Source: Camelus dromedarius (lineage: Eukaryota). Taken from it: a DNA stretch of 64,000 nucleotides. The position numbers and the translations under genes were made by a program. Where the stretch lies: assembly GCF_036321535.1 (NCBI RefSeq), contig NC_087436.1:86802001-86866000 (forward strand), written 5' to 3'. The notes below the pieces were generated by a model, which saw only the letters and a list, made by a program, of their open reading frames with translations, was not told the DNA's origin and ran no database searches. Shown in pieces: positions 25,787 to 37,027 of the stretch; position 1 is the first letter of the stretch, and each line of letters starts with the position of its first letter.

Positions 25787-26593
25787 ATGAAGAAGCAAAC
25801 GAACTACTCCTAATTAAATGAATAAGAGAAGTCCCCTGAAAGAATGATCAATGAAATAGACCATGATAGTCAACTAGATCATGACTTCAAAAAGGGGATG
25901 ATAAAATAACTGAAGGAAATAAGAGAGACTATGAATAAGCATGCAGAATACTATAAAAAGGAAATAGAAACTATAAAAAGTAGCCAATTAAAAACAGAAA
26001 ACTCAATGGCTGAGATAAGAGCCAAGCTAAAGGCAGTGAAAAGCAGACTAGATAATTCAGAGGGATGAATAAGTGACTTAGAAGACAGGATAACAGAAAT
26101 CACCTAATCAGAACAACAAACAGAAAAGCAAGTGAAAACTAATGAAAGCATATAAGGGACCTATGGGATAATATAAAGCATCCCAATATTTGCATAATAG
26201 GAGTCCCAGAAGGAGAAGAAAGAGAAAAAGGGATTGAAAAGATATTTGAAGAAATCATGACTGAAAACTTCCCAAACCTAAAGAAGGAATCAAATATCCA
26301 AGTACAGGAAGCACAGAGGGTCCCAAACAAGAAGAACCCAAATAGACCTACACCAAGACAATATAATATAAAGGCTTTCAGCTGATTTCTCAACACAAAC
26401 ATTGCAGGCCAGAAGGGAGTGGCAAGGTATATTCAAAGTCCTGAATGAGAAAAAGCTGCAACCTAAGATACTCTATTCAGCAAGACTATCCTTTAGAATA
26501 GAAGAGAGAAAGAATTTCATAGACAAACAAAAACTAAAAGAATTCAGCAATACTAAATCTATGCTAAAAAAAATATTGAAAGGTCCACTCTAA
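25787..26593 (+). pseudogene. L1 ORF1, disrupted
   Basis: atgaagaagcaa start with an early taa; IGVPEGEEREKG and QARREWQGIFKVL motifs; internal deletion near 26365. Confidence 0.92.
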
Positions 26594-26981
26594 ATAGAAA
26601 AGAAGCAGGATGCTATAGAAAGGAGAAAACCGTAACTGGAAATGCGATAACTATAATGAGTTACAATAGAATAAACATGAAGATGTAAAAGAGGACATCA
26701 AAATCATAAAAGGTGAAAGAGAGGAGCAGGAAATAGAGGCTTTTTTTCTTGTTCTTTTTAGGATGTGTTTGAGCTTATATGACTATCAGTTTAAAGCAAA
26801 CAGGTATAGTAATGGGTTAATATACTTGAAAAACAGGGTAACCACAAGTCAAAAGCATACAATAGAGTCACAAAAACCAAAAAGAAACCAAGATAATACA
26901 AAAGAAAAGTATCAAACCACAAAAAGAAAAAAGAAAGGAACAAAGAGGAAATATGAAGTCAACTGGAAAACTAACTTCAAA

Positions 26982-29900
26982 ATGGCAATAAACACCCATC
27001 TATCAATAATTACCATAAATGTCAATGGACTAAATGCTCCAATCAAAAGACACAGAGTGGCAGATTGGATAATAAAACAAGAACCTACAATATGCTGTAT
27101 ACAAGAGGCCCACTTTAGGGTGAAGGACACACGTAGATTGAAAGTGAGAGGACGGAAAAAGATATTTCATGCAAATGGAAAGGACAAGAAAGCAGGAGTA
27201 GCAATACTAATTTCAGACAAAATAGACTTTAAAACAAAGGCCATAAAGGAAGATCTTAAAGAAGGACACTATATAATGATTAAAGGAGCAATACAAGATG
27301 AGGATATTACACTCATTGACATATATGCACCCAACATAGGAGCACCTAAATACATAAAGTAAATACTAAGACATATAAAGGGAGAAATGAGTAGGAGACT
27401 TTAATACTCATTTACATCATAGGACAGATCTTCCAGACAGAAAGTCAATAAGGCAATGGAGATATTAAATGACACAACAGAACAGTTGGACTTGATTGAT
27501 ATTTTTAGAACATTACATCCCTGAAAAACAGAATATACATTCTTCTCAAGTGCTTATGGAACATTTTCTAGGATAGACCACATACTTGGGCACAAAAGAA
27601 GCCTCAGCAAATTTAAGAGGGTAGAAATTATTTCAAGCATCTTTTATGACCACAATGCCATGAAACTAGAAATCAACCACAGAAAAACAAAGGATTAAAA
27701 ATGATAGTGTGGAGATTAAACAACACACTATGAAAAAACTAATGGGTTAATGATGAAATCAAAGAATAAATTAAAAAATACTTTTAGACAAATGATAATG
27801 AAAACACAACCATGCAAAATCTATGCGATGCAGCAAAAGCAGTCCTAACAGGGAAATTCATAGTGATACAGGCCTTCCTCAAAAAACAAGAACAATCTCA
27901 AGTAAACAACCTAACCTATCACCTAAAAAAATTAGAAAAAGAACAGCAAACAAAACCTAAACTCAGCAGAAGAAAGGAAATAATAAAGATCAGGAAGGAA
28001 ATAAATAAAATAGAGATAAAAACAATAGAAAAAAAAATCAGTAAAACCAAGAGCTTGTTTTTTGAAGGAGTAAACAAAATTGACAAACCTTTTGCCAGGT
28101 TCATCAAGAAGAATAGAGAGATAACACAAATAAAATAAAACAGGAAAATGGAGAGATTACAACCAATACCACAGATATACAAAAAAACCATAAGATGATA
28201 CTATGAACAACTGTATGGAACCAAATTGGACAACTTAGAAGAAATGGACAAGTTTCTGGAAAGGCACAGTCCACCAAGACTGAATCAGGAAGAAATAGAC
28301 CACTTGAACAGACCAATCACTAGAAATGAAATAGAATCAGCAATAAAAAACTTCCCTACAAATAAAAGTCCAGGACCAGATGGCTTGTCTGGGGAATTCT
28401 ACCAAACATACTGAGAAGAACTCTTACCGATCCTTCTCAAACTCTCCCAAAAGATTGAAAAGGAGGGAGTACTCCCAAACTCATTCTGTGAAGCCCCCTT
28501 CACCCTGATACCAAAACCAGACAAAGACGCAAAGACACTACGAAAAAAGAAAATTACAGGTCAATATCATTGATGAACATCAATGCAAAAATCCTCAACA
28601 AAATATTAGCAAACAGAATCCAACAGCACATTAAAAAAGATAATACACCATGATCAAGTTGGATTCATCCCAGGGACACAAGGATGGTTCAACATATGCA
28701 AATCAATGTGATACACCAGATCAATAAGAGAAAGGACAAAAATTACATGGTCATCTCGATAGACTTAGAAAAAGCATTTGATAAAATTCAACACCCACTT
28801 ATGATAGAAACTCTTACCAAAGTGGGTATAGAGGGAATATATCTCAACATAATAAAAGCTATTTATGACAAACCCACAGCCAGCATAATACTCAATGCTG
28901 AAAAACTGAAAAGCCTTCCCACTAAAATCGAGAACAAGATGAGGATGCCCACTCTCACCACTTCTATTCAACATAGTCTTGGAAGTCCTAGCCACAGCAA
29001 TCAGGCGAGAAAAAGAAATAAAAGAGATTCAAATTGGAAGAGAAGAGATAAAACTGTCACTATATGTGGATGACATGATACTATATATAGGAAACCCTAA
29101 AAGCTCTATACAAAAACTACTAGAGCTGATAAAAGAATTTGGCAAGGTAGCAGAATACAAGATTAACATAACAAATCAGTTGCATTTCTTTACACTAACA
29201 GTGAAATATCAAAAAAAGAAAGTAAAGAAATAATCCCTTTTAAAATTGCATCCAAAATAATGAAATATTTAGGAATAAATCTGACCAAGGAGGTGAAAGA
29301 TTTATACATGGAGAACTGCAAAACATTGATTAAGGAAGTTAATGATGACTTAAAGAAATGGAAAGAAATCCTATGCTCTTGGATTGGAAGAGTCAGTATT
29401 GTTAAAATGGCCATACTGCCAAAGGCAATCTACAGATTTAATACAATCCCTATCAAATTATGCAGGACATTTTTCACAGAACAAGAAAAAATAGTCCTAA
29501 AATTTATATGGAATCAGAAAAGACCCAGAATTGCCAAAGCAATAACTGAAGAAAAAGAATGAAGCTGGAGGAATAACCCTCCCAGACTTCATGCAATACT
29601 ACAGAGCTACAGTAATCAAAACAGCATGGTATTGACATAAAAACAGACATACGGATCAATGCAACAGAATAGAGAGCCCAGAAATAAACCCACAGACCTA
29701 TGGTCAATTAATCTTTGACAAAGGAGGCAAGAATATACAATGGAGAAAAAGTCTCTTCAGTAAGTGGTGTTGGGAAAACTGGACAGCCACACGTAAATTA
29801 ATGAAGTTAGAACACTCCCTCATACTATACACAAAAAATAAACTCAAAATGGCTTAAAGACTTAAATATAAGACAAGACATAATAAAGTTCCTAGAAGAA

Positions 29901-30766
29901 AACAGGCAAAACATCCTCTGACATAAATCTTAGCAGTGTTCTCCTAGGGCAATTACCCAGGTGATAGAAATAAAAGCAAAAATAAACAAATGATACCTAA
30001 TTAAACTTACAAGCTTTTGCACACCAAAGGTAACCATAAGTAAAATAAAACAATGACCTATGGAATGAGAGAAAATATTTGCAAATGATGCAACTGACAA
30101 AGACTTAATTTTCAGAATATATAAACAGCTCATACAACTTAATAACAAAAAACAAACAACCCAATCTAAAAGTGGGCAGAAGACCTAAACAAGCAATTCT
30201 CTAATGAAGACATACAAATGGCCAATAAACACATGAAAACTGCTCAGTATCGCTAATTGTCAGAGAAATGCAAATCAAAACTACAATGAGGTGTCACCTC
30301 ACACCAGTTGTTAAAAAGTCCACGAACAATAAATGCTGGAGAAAGTGTGGAGAAAAGGGAACCCTCCTACATTGTTGGTGATAATGTAGTTTGGTGCAGC
30401 CATTATGGAAAATAGTATGAAGATTCCCCAAAAACCTAAAAATAGACTTACCATATGATCCAGCAATCCCACTCCTGGGCGTATATCCAGAGGGAGCTCT
30501 AAATTGAAAAGATACATGCACTGCAATGTTTATAGAAGCACTGTATACAATAGCCAAGACATGGAAGCAACCTAAATGTCCATCGACAATGACTGGATAA
30601 AGAAGCTATGGTATATTTATATAATGGAATACTACTCAGCCATAAAAAGAATAAAATAATGTCATTTGCAGCAACATGGATGGACCTAGAGATCATCATT
30701 CTAAGTGAAGTAAGCCAGAAAGAGAACAAAAAATACCATATGATATCACTTATATGTGGAATCTAA
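26982..30766 (+). pseudogene. L1 ORF2 (endonuclease and reverse transcriptase), disrupted
   Basis: MAINTHLSIITINVNGLN (EN), [31 protein letters not shown] (RT) and KYLGINLTK. Broken by many stops and frameshifts. Confidence 0.96.
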
Positions 30767-31093
30767 AAGAAGAAAAAAAGAGGACATTAGTGAACTCATC
30801 TACAAAACAGAAACAGACTTGCAGACATATTAAACAATCTTATGGTTACTGGGGAAAGAGGATTGGAAGGGATAAATTTGGGAGTTTGAGATTTACAAAT
30901 ATTAACCACTATATATAAAAACAGATAAAAACCAATTTTTTTCTGTATAACACAGGAAACTATTCAATATCTTTAATGAAAAAGAATATGAAAACAAATA
31001 TATGTATGTATATACATGACTGGGACATTGTGCTGTACACCAGAAATTGACACATTGTAACTGACTATACTTCAATTTTTAAAAAAGGGAGCA

Positions 31094-31460
31094 ATCTACT
31101 AATACAAGTGGCAACATGAGTGAGCATCAAATACCTTATGTATTTATATTAAAATGAAAGAAGCAAGACTCAAAAGGCTGTGTACTATATGATTCCATTT
31201 ATAGAACATTCTGGAAAGGCAATACTATAGGACAGAAAACAAGTAAGTGCAGATAAGTGTTCACCAAGGGCTGGGAGTGGGGAAAGAGAATTGATTACAG
31301 AGGGGGAACTTTTTGGAGTGATGGAAATAGGCTATATCTTGATTGACAGTGCTTACCAAATTATATATGCATTTGTCAAAATTCATAGAACTGTACACCA
31401 GAAAAGGGTGAATTTTACTGTATGTAAATTATATGTTAATCAACCTGACTCAAAACCAAG
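31094..31460 (+). mobile_element. Old L1M 3' end, right half
   Basis: atatgattccatttatagaacattctggaaaggc...atttgtcaaaattcatagaactgtacac. Confidence 0.85.
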
Positions 31461-31489
31461 CAAAGAAAGGGTTAATGAGGCTCTTTTCT

Positions 31490-31819
31490 TTTTTTTTTTT
31501 TAACATTTTTTATTGATTTATAATCATTTTACAATGTGTCAAATTCCAGTGTTCAGCACAATTTTTCAGTCATTCATGGACATATACACACTCATTGTCA
31601 CATTTTTTTCTCTGTGAGTTATCATAACATTTTGTGTATATTTCCCTGTGCTATACAGTGTAATCTTGTTTATCTATTCTACAATTTTGAAATCCCAGGC
31701 TATCCCTTCCCACCCTCCACCCCCTGGTAACCACAAGTCTGTATTCTCTGTCTGTGAGTCTATTTCTGTCCTGTATTTACGCTTTGTTTTTGTTTGTTTG
31801 TTTTTGTTTTTGTTTTTTA
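31490..31819 (-). mobile_element. Young 5'-truncated L1 3' UTR with perfect 13-bp TSD
   Basis: TSD gaggctcttttct at 31477-31489 and 31820-31832; clean T-run; L1 3' UTR motifs. Confidence 0.92.
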
Positions 31820-32743
31820 GAGGCTCTTTTCTATTAGTACGTAATTAGCTTCCTGCTTTGAGTATCGGGAATGATACCAAGGGACCAAAGAAACTAGTGA
31901 GACTCAGCTCCCTGCTCATCATTCCCATTGATCTTATTCTTTACATGCTCACCCTGATAAGCTGGTAATAAGGCACTTCAAAATTCTTAATCTCTTCAAA
32001 ATATGTAATGAAAAGATAGAATATGTTGTAGGCTTAAGAGTTTCTTGTGACAAAGTCTTTATTTTTTGTGTATATAACCTGTAGTAAACCATTACTTAAG
32101 TGACAAATGCCATTTAGCACTGTGTGAGACACTAAACTCTCACTTATTTGCTACCCCATAGAATTGCTATGAAAATCAGAAGAGGGCATGTTTATACTGT
32201 ATAAATGGGAAAGTGCTAAATAAATACAGGTGGTTCCATTGCCAAATATTAACAAACTTAGATACAACAAATCAAACTTGGATTTCAGGCACAGGAGAGT
32301 AAACCACACACATGGTGTGAGTAAGATGTGTAGGAGAGATTTACTTGACTGGCGTCTATGTTTGACCTCAGTGCCATCTTTTAATCCATGGGGGAGAATC
32401 TATGGTGTTCAGAAGTTTTGTACATAGCACTAATGAATGGCAGGAATGAAATTTGACACATTAGAGTGGGAAGTGACTAACTGGAAAGACTTCTATGGGC
32501 AAAAGTTGGACTTAGAGCCTGTGAAGGAGTGAGTCATCAACAGGTGTTATTTTGTTTGTTTGTTTTGTTTTTTGGGTTTTTTTTTTTTGGTATATTCTCT
32601 AGTCTCACTCCAGATCTAGGTGACCATTGTAGTAAATGTGCTATGTCACCCGTACCAAATCCTTTCTTCTGATATCTCATCTTCCAGTGTTTTTACCACC
32701 GTAGTTCTCCATACATTATTTTTGCCATTTTAATTAATTAATT

Positions 32744-32822
32744 AAAATTTACATATATGTACTGTTCATTGTTTCTAAGAACAGTTTAGAGCTTTAGCTT
32801 TTTAAACGTACATAGTTATCAA
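32744..32822 (+). repeat. 79-bp segment duplicated at 1780-1857
   Basis: aaaatttacatatatgtactgttcattgtttctaagaa...catagttatcaa; 2 substitutions and 1 indel. Confidence 0.95.
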
Positions 32823-33330
32823 TTTTTGTTCCATGTAACAGCCAGCTTTTATGCTCATAAACATTGTCATGAACCCACAGATATCAGTGATAAAGTTTTA
32901 GCTATAATCATAACAAATTTCTCCTATTTATATACATACACACACAATTAGAAATCTTGTCTTTTTGCCTCTTAGATTGCTGCATCATATGTCTTGGAGA
33001 GATACTCTGTGTTGAGCTAAACAAATATTTATTCATATGACTTTACTTGAGAGCTTATTTATGGGGTATTGCAGAATTCTGAAATGAACTCTACTAGCAA
33101 TATGGCCTTGGCAAGATCACTTAACATCTGTTTTCTTGCTTGCAAAATGTAGTTAGTAGTTTCAAGGTTGCTGTTGTCACCATGTTGTTGTAAGAATTAC
33201 AATAGCTTAGAAAAGTTTAGGAAAGCTCTGAAGTTCTGTGCTGATGTAAGGCAGGAGTATTATTATGGCATTCTTCTCATTTTTACCACTCCCAGAAGAG
33301 GGTACACTGATAAATTATATATTTTTCCAG

Positions 33331-33506
33331 GGAGAGTCACTCCAGGGCAACTCACCTCTTATATTCAACTCTTCAAGAACAACCTCAAAGCTCTAGGGAA
33401 TCACTGTGGGCTCCTACAGCTTGGACTGGCCACCGTTCAAACCCTTAAACACCCGCAGGCTGCCAAGTGGGACAACTTTCTGGCTTTTGAAAGACTCCTT
33501 CTCCAG
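33331..33506 (+). CDS. SCFD2: SCFD2 internal coding exon (176 bp, probably exon 4)
   Basis: Acceptor atttttccag|, donor |gtatgt. Translates (G)RVTPGQLTSYIQLFKNNLKALGNHCGLLQLGLATVQTLKHPQAAKWDNFLAFERLLLQ, inside ORF 33168..33539. Joins the previous exon in frame (G|GG = Gly). Confidence 0.95.
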
Positions 33507-34979
33507 GTATGTTGCTATGGAAACTTCTTGGGATATTAATAATTAAAGTTGTTACTTCCACTGCTGCAACCTCCTTCCCTCCCCTCTGCCCTGCCACCTG
33601 GATGGCCTCCTCACCCCTGCTGCCCACCACTGCTATTCTGTAAAGTGGGTCTCCAGCACCAAAATCTCACAAAATGTTTTGAAACAAGGCATAGCAGTTT
33701 TCTCCCAAGAATGATGGGCCTTCAACTCACTAGAAGTTTCTGAGGAAACTTGACACAGTATTAATTCTATGACATCTTATATTTATTTTTGGAAACTTCT
33801 TCCATGTTAGACTGCCTCAGATTGTGACCATGGTACTTGGTAAAGTTCTTTCAGTAAATGGGAAAAGAATTAAAAAACAAGAAGTAATATTTAAAATACT
33901 AAAACCCTACCTTTATCATAATTGCACATTGCCCTACCCAGCACTGTGTTCTTAGTCATTTCTGGGTCCTTAAAGTTACTGTTTTAGCATAGGCCAACTT
34001 ATACACTGGCCATGGTAATTGTTCTTTGTTTATGAACAGGCTTATTTTATCTAGTATACACTCATCCGTTATTGTAACAAGTCATAATATACACTGAGCT
34101 GCCCGTTTTACAGACTTTGATGTCAAAGTAGACCATCTGAGTTTATTTCGAGCACGAGGACAACATCTGGCTTTTTCCAAAGGGCTTGAGAGCCACCTAA
34201 TGCAAATCTCAGCCAGTGCTGAGAGCTGTGTATTTCTTTGGAGACTCATTTCTACCTCTCTCTCTATCCAGCCTCCATCACTGAACCTCAATGTTGACTT
34301 TGTGATCTAAGTAACACTATAGACAACCTTGGTGAAGAAAGAAAACCTGGTCTTGGAAATGTATAATTAAACACAGGTTACTGCATTCCTTCTACTTACT
34401 GCCATCTCTTGGCTCAGTTGTTCTGGCGATTTAATGACCAGTCAGCAAGAGATCTGAGTACTATTCATAAGATTTAGGTCTTATTCTGGAGACTTAGGCT
34501 CCAGAAAATGGCAGAGAGATAATATTATGTTCTCAAAAGAGAAACTTTTGCTTATTATTGGGGAAATCTAGTACTTATTTATTTATTGTTTTAAAATCTA
34601 GTATTTATTAACAGTGAATGTTTTTAAAAGCCAAAGAGGATAAAACATCTTCTAATCTCCTTTTTCTCTCCTTTTTCACCAAGGTCCAACATCATAGTCT
34701 GTGTTTTAGGCATTCAGTACATGTGTGCTAATTAACAAATAATTCTGTTTCCATTTCAAGTATAAAATATGGAAAAGAAGTTTAATGTGAGCATGGATGC
34801 ATTTATGATTTTATTAATGAACATATTCACTTATAAAAGTAGCTTTGCTTTTCTTTTCATCGAAGTGTAGGTTTACTTAATTTGGTGGTAGTCGGTAAAG
34901 AATTCCTCTATAGTATAGCAAGAAAGTTTGATATAATTTCCTTATCTAAATGGGAAGAAAATGCCTATCTCATAGTGTT

Positions 34980-35078
34980 TAAAAAAAAATTTATTTTAGA
35001 GTAGTTACTGAGGATTGAACCCAGGACCTTGTGCATGCTAAGCATGCACTCTTCCACTGAGCTATACACCATCCCACC
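34980..35078 (-). mobile_element. Short tRNA-derived SINE (vic-1-like) inserted in a MIR
   Basis: gattgaacccaggaccttgtgcatgctaagcatgcactcttccactgagctatac. TSD atctcatag(t/g)gtt at 34967-34979 and 35079-35091. Confidence 0.85.
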
Positions 35079-36121
35079 ATCTCATAGGGTTATTGTTAGG
35101 ATTCAGTGAGATTATATGCATATATCTAAGTGCAGTGCTCCACATATAGTTAATGCTCAACAAACAGTAGTTATTATTCTTTTAGCTGAGCCATAACTAT
35201 GTCAAATGCCAGTTTATTTTCTGCAAGTAATGCTTTTAATATATTCTTACCTAGAATTTGTTTTTCTAAATTAAAATTTATTAAGGATGAATGAAACTGT
35301 TACTTAGAAAAATTTTTCTGTCTTTTTTACTTACTGTGTGATAATGTTTAACAGTATTTTTCTTTAAACCCCATTGTTTCTACAATGTATATCTGATGTT
35401 TTTATGCTAATTGTCACAAAGAAAATCTTTTATTGACCATAATTTATTGTGGTCATAAAATGATAGTAAACTGCGCAGTAGAAGAAGCAGCTGTGTTTAT
35501 ACTTTCTAAAAAACGTACTTTATAAATATATATGTATTATCTCTCTCCAGTTATTTATTTAGGTAGAATTTACGTTTCTAAATTAAAAAATCCAACTTGA
35601 AAATGACTTTTAAATAAAATATAAATGACTTATAAAGCCACTTAAGATTTCCCAGGTAAACATTGCATTCGTTTTAAATTTTATCTGTCTTTGCAATGAA
35701 GAGTAGGTATAGTGTTTTATTAGTTGCCAAAGTAGCTTTTAATAGGTAGGATTCATTTTCTTTATGAGATACTAAATTTCAAAATATCTTTTCAATAACA
35801 GATCAAGTTTAGCTAACCTAAATAACAGTATGTCTGCTTGTGCCGTGACAAATTTAGGTTTTACCTTCTCGGTCCTCTAGTGAGTCTGTTAGGTCCCAAG
35901 CTAGATGGCTAGGCTTGGAAATGTGACGACCCATTTAGGTCCGTTCCTGACTTCACCGGCATCCTGGGAGGTCCTGATTTGTCACTTGCAAAAGTGTTGG
36001 TGATATCATTTGGATGAAGAGTGAGGGGAGAGGCAGAAAAAGGTGATTCCCTACGGTCAGACCTGAGTGTTGTTTACAGATTAGGAAGATTTTTCTTAGG
36101 ATTTTTCCTGAGAGGGAAAAT

Positions 36122-37027
36122 TGTGAAGCATGTTTGAAAAAACACCTCTGATTTCTTTAATACTCTACTCTTAACACTTCTGACACCAAATGCATAGAGG
36201 TTTTTCCCACACCAAGCAATCGTCCAACTCTCTACTGTGTGTCCTACAATTCAATCATGACACTAACTAAATGCAGTTAGCACAGACCTCACAGTAATGG
36301 GCTCAGTCCCACAAGATTACCCCCAACTTTGGACATAGTTGCAAGCCTGAGCTCTCCTACTTCTGACCAGGTGGCTGTAAATCAGGGTTCCTATGACCCC
36401 CTTCTTGGGTCCCATAATTTTCTATAATGGCTCACAATACTCAGGGAAACATTTAAGTTTACCAGTTTATTATAAATGAAATTACAAATTTTGCAAATGA
36501 ACAGCCAGATTAAGAGGTGCATAGTGTGAAGTCTAAAAGGATCCCAAGAGCAGGAGCTTCTGTCCCCATGGAGTTGGGGTGTGCCTTTCTCCCAGGACAT
36601 TGATGTGTTTACCAACCAAAAACTCTCTAAACTCTATACTTTAGGAATTTTTATGGAGACTTCATAATGTAGGCATGATTAATTATTAACTCAATCTCTA
36701 GCCTTCTCCCCTCCCAGGAAGATGGAGAAGGGGGTGAGACTGAAAGTTCCAAGCTTCTACTCATGGCTTGGTCTTTCTGATGACCAGCCCCCATCCAGGA
36801 GCTACCCAGGGACCCACCAAGTGTGAATTTCATTGGAGCAAAAGATGCTCCTATCATGTAGGAAATTACAAGGGATTTAGGAGTTCTATATACCAGGGGC
36901 AAAGACCAAATATCAGAACAAAAGCTGCTCCTGGCACCCTTATTGCTCAGGAAATTGTAAAGGTTTTAGGAGCTCTGTGCCAGGAACTGGGGGCAGAGAC
37001 CAAATACATGTTTCTTATTATGTCACC
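36122..37027. mobile_element. MER21-like solo LTR
   Basis: acacttctgacaccaaatg...gggctcagtcccacaaga...tgaccagcccccatccag...ccaggaactggggg. Homologous to 63128-63906. Confidence 0.85.

Larger units (their letters stand above)
24348..31080 (+). mobile_element. Full-length (about 6.7 kb) inactivated LINE-1
   Basis: 5' end has YY1 motif caagatggc (24363-24371), then a GC-rich 5' UTR, ORF1, spacer, ORF2 and a 3' UTR ending ctatacttcaatt. Degenerate TSD aaaaagaagca / aaaaagggagca. Confidence 0.97.

Noticed and set aside
24348..31080. Active L1
   Set aside because: Multiple stops, frameshifts and deletions in both ORFs, a CpG-depleted 5' UTR and a diverged TSD.
33168..33539. Standalone 123-aa gene
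   Set aside because: Only 33331-33506 is exon; the rest is intronic read-through, partly MIR.
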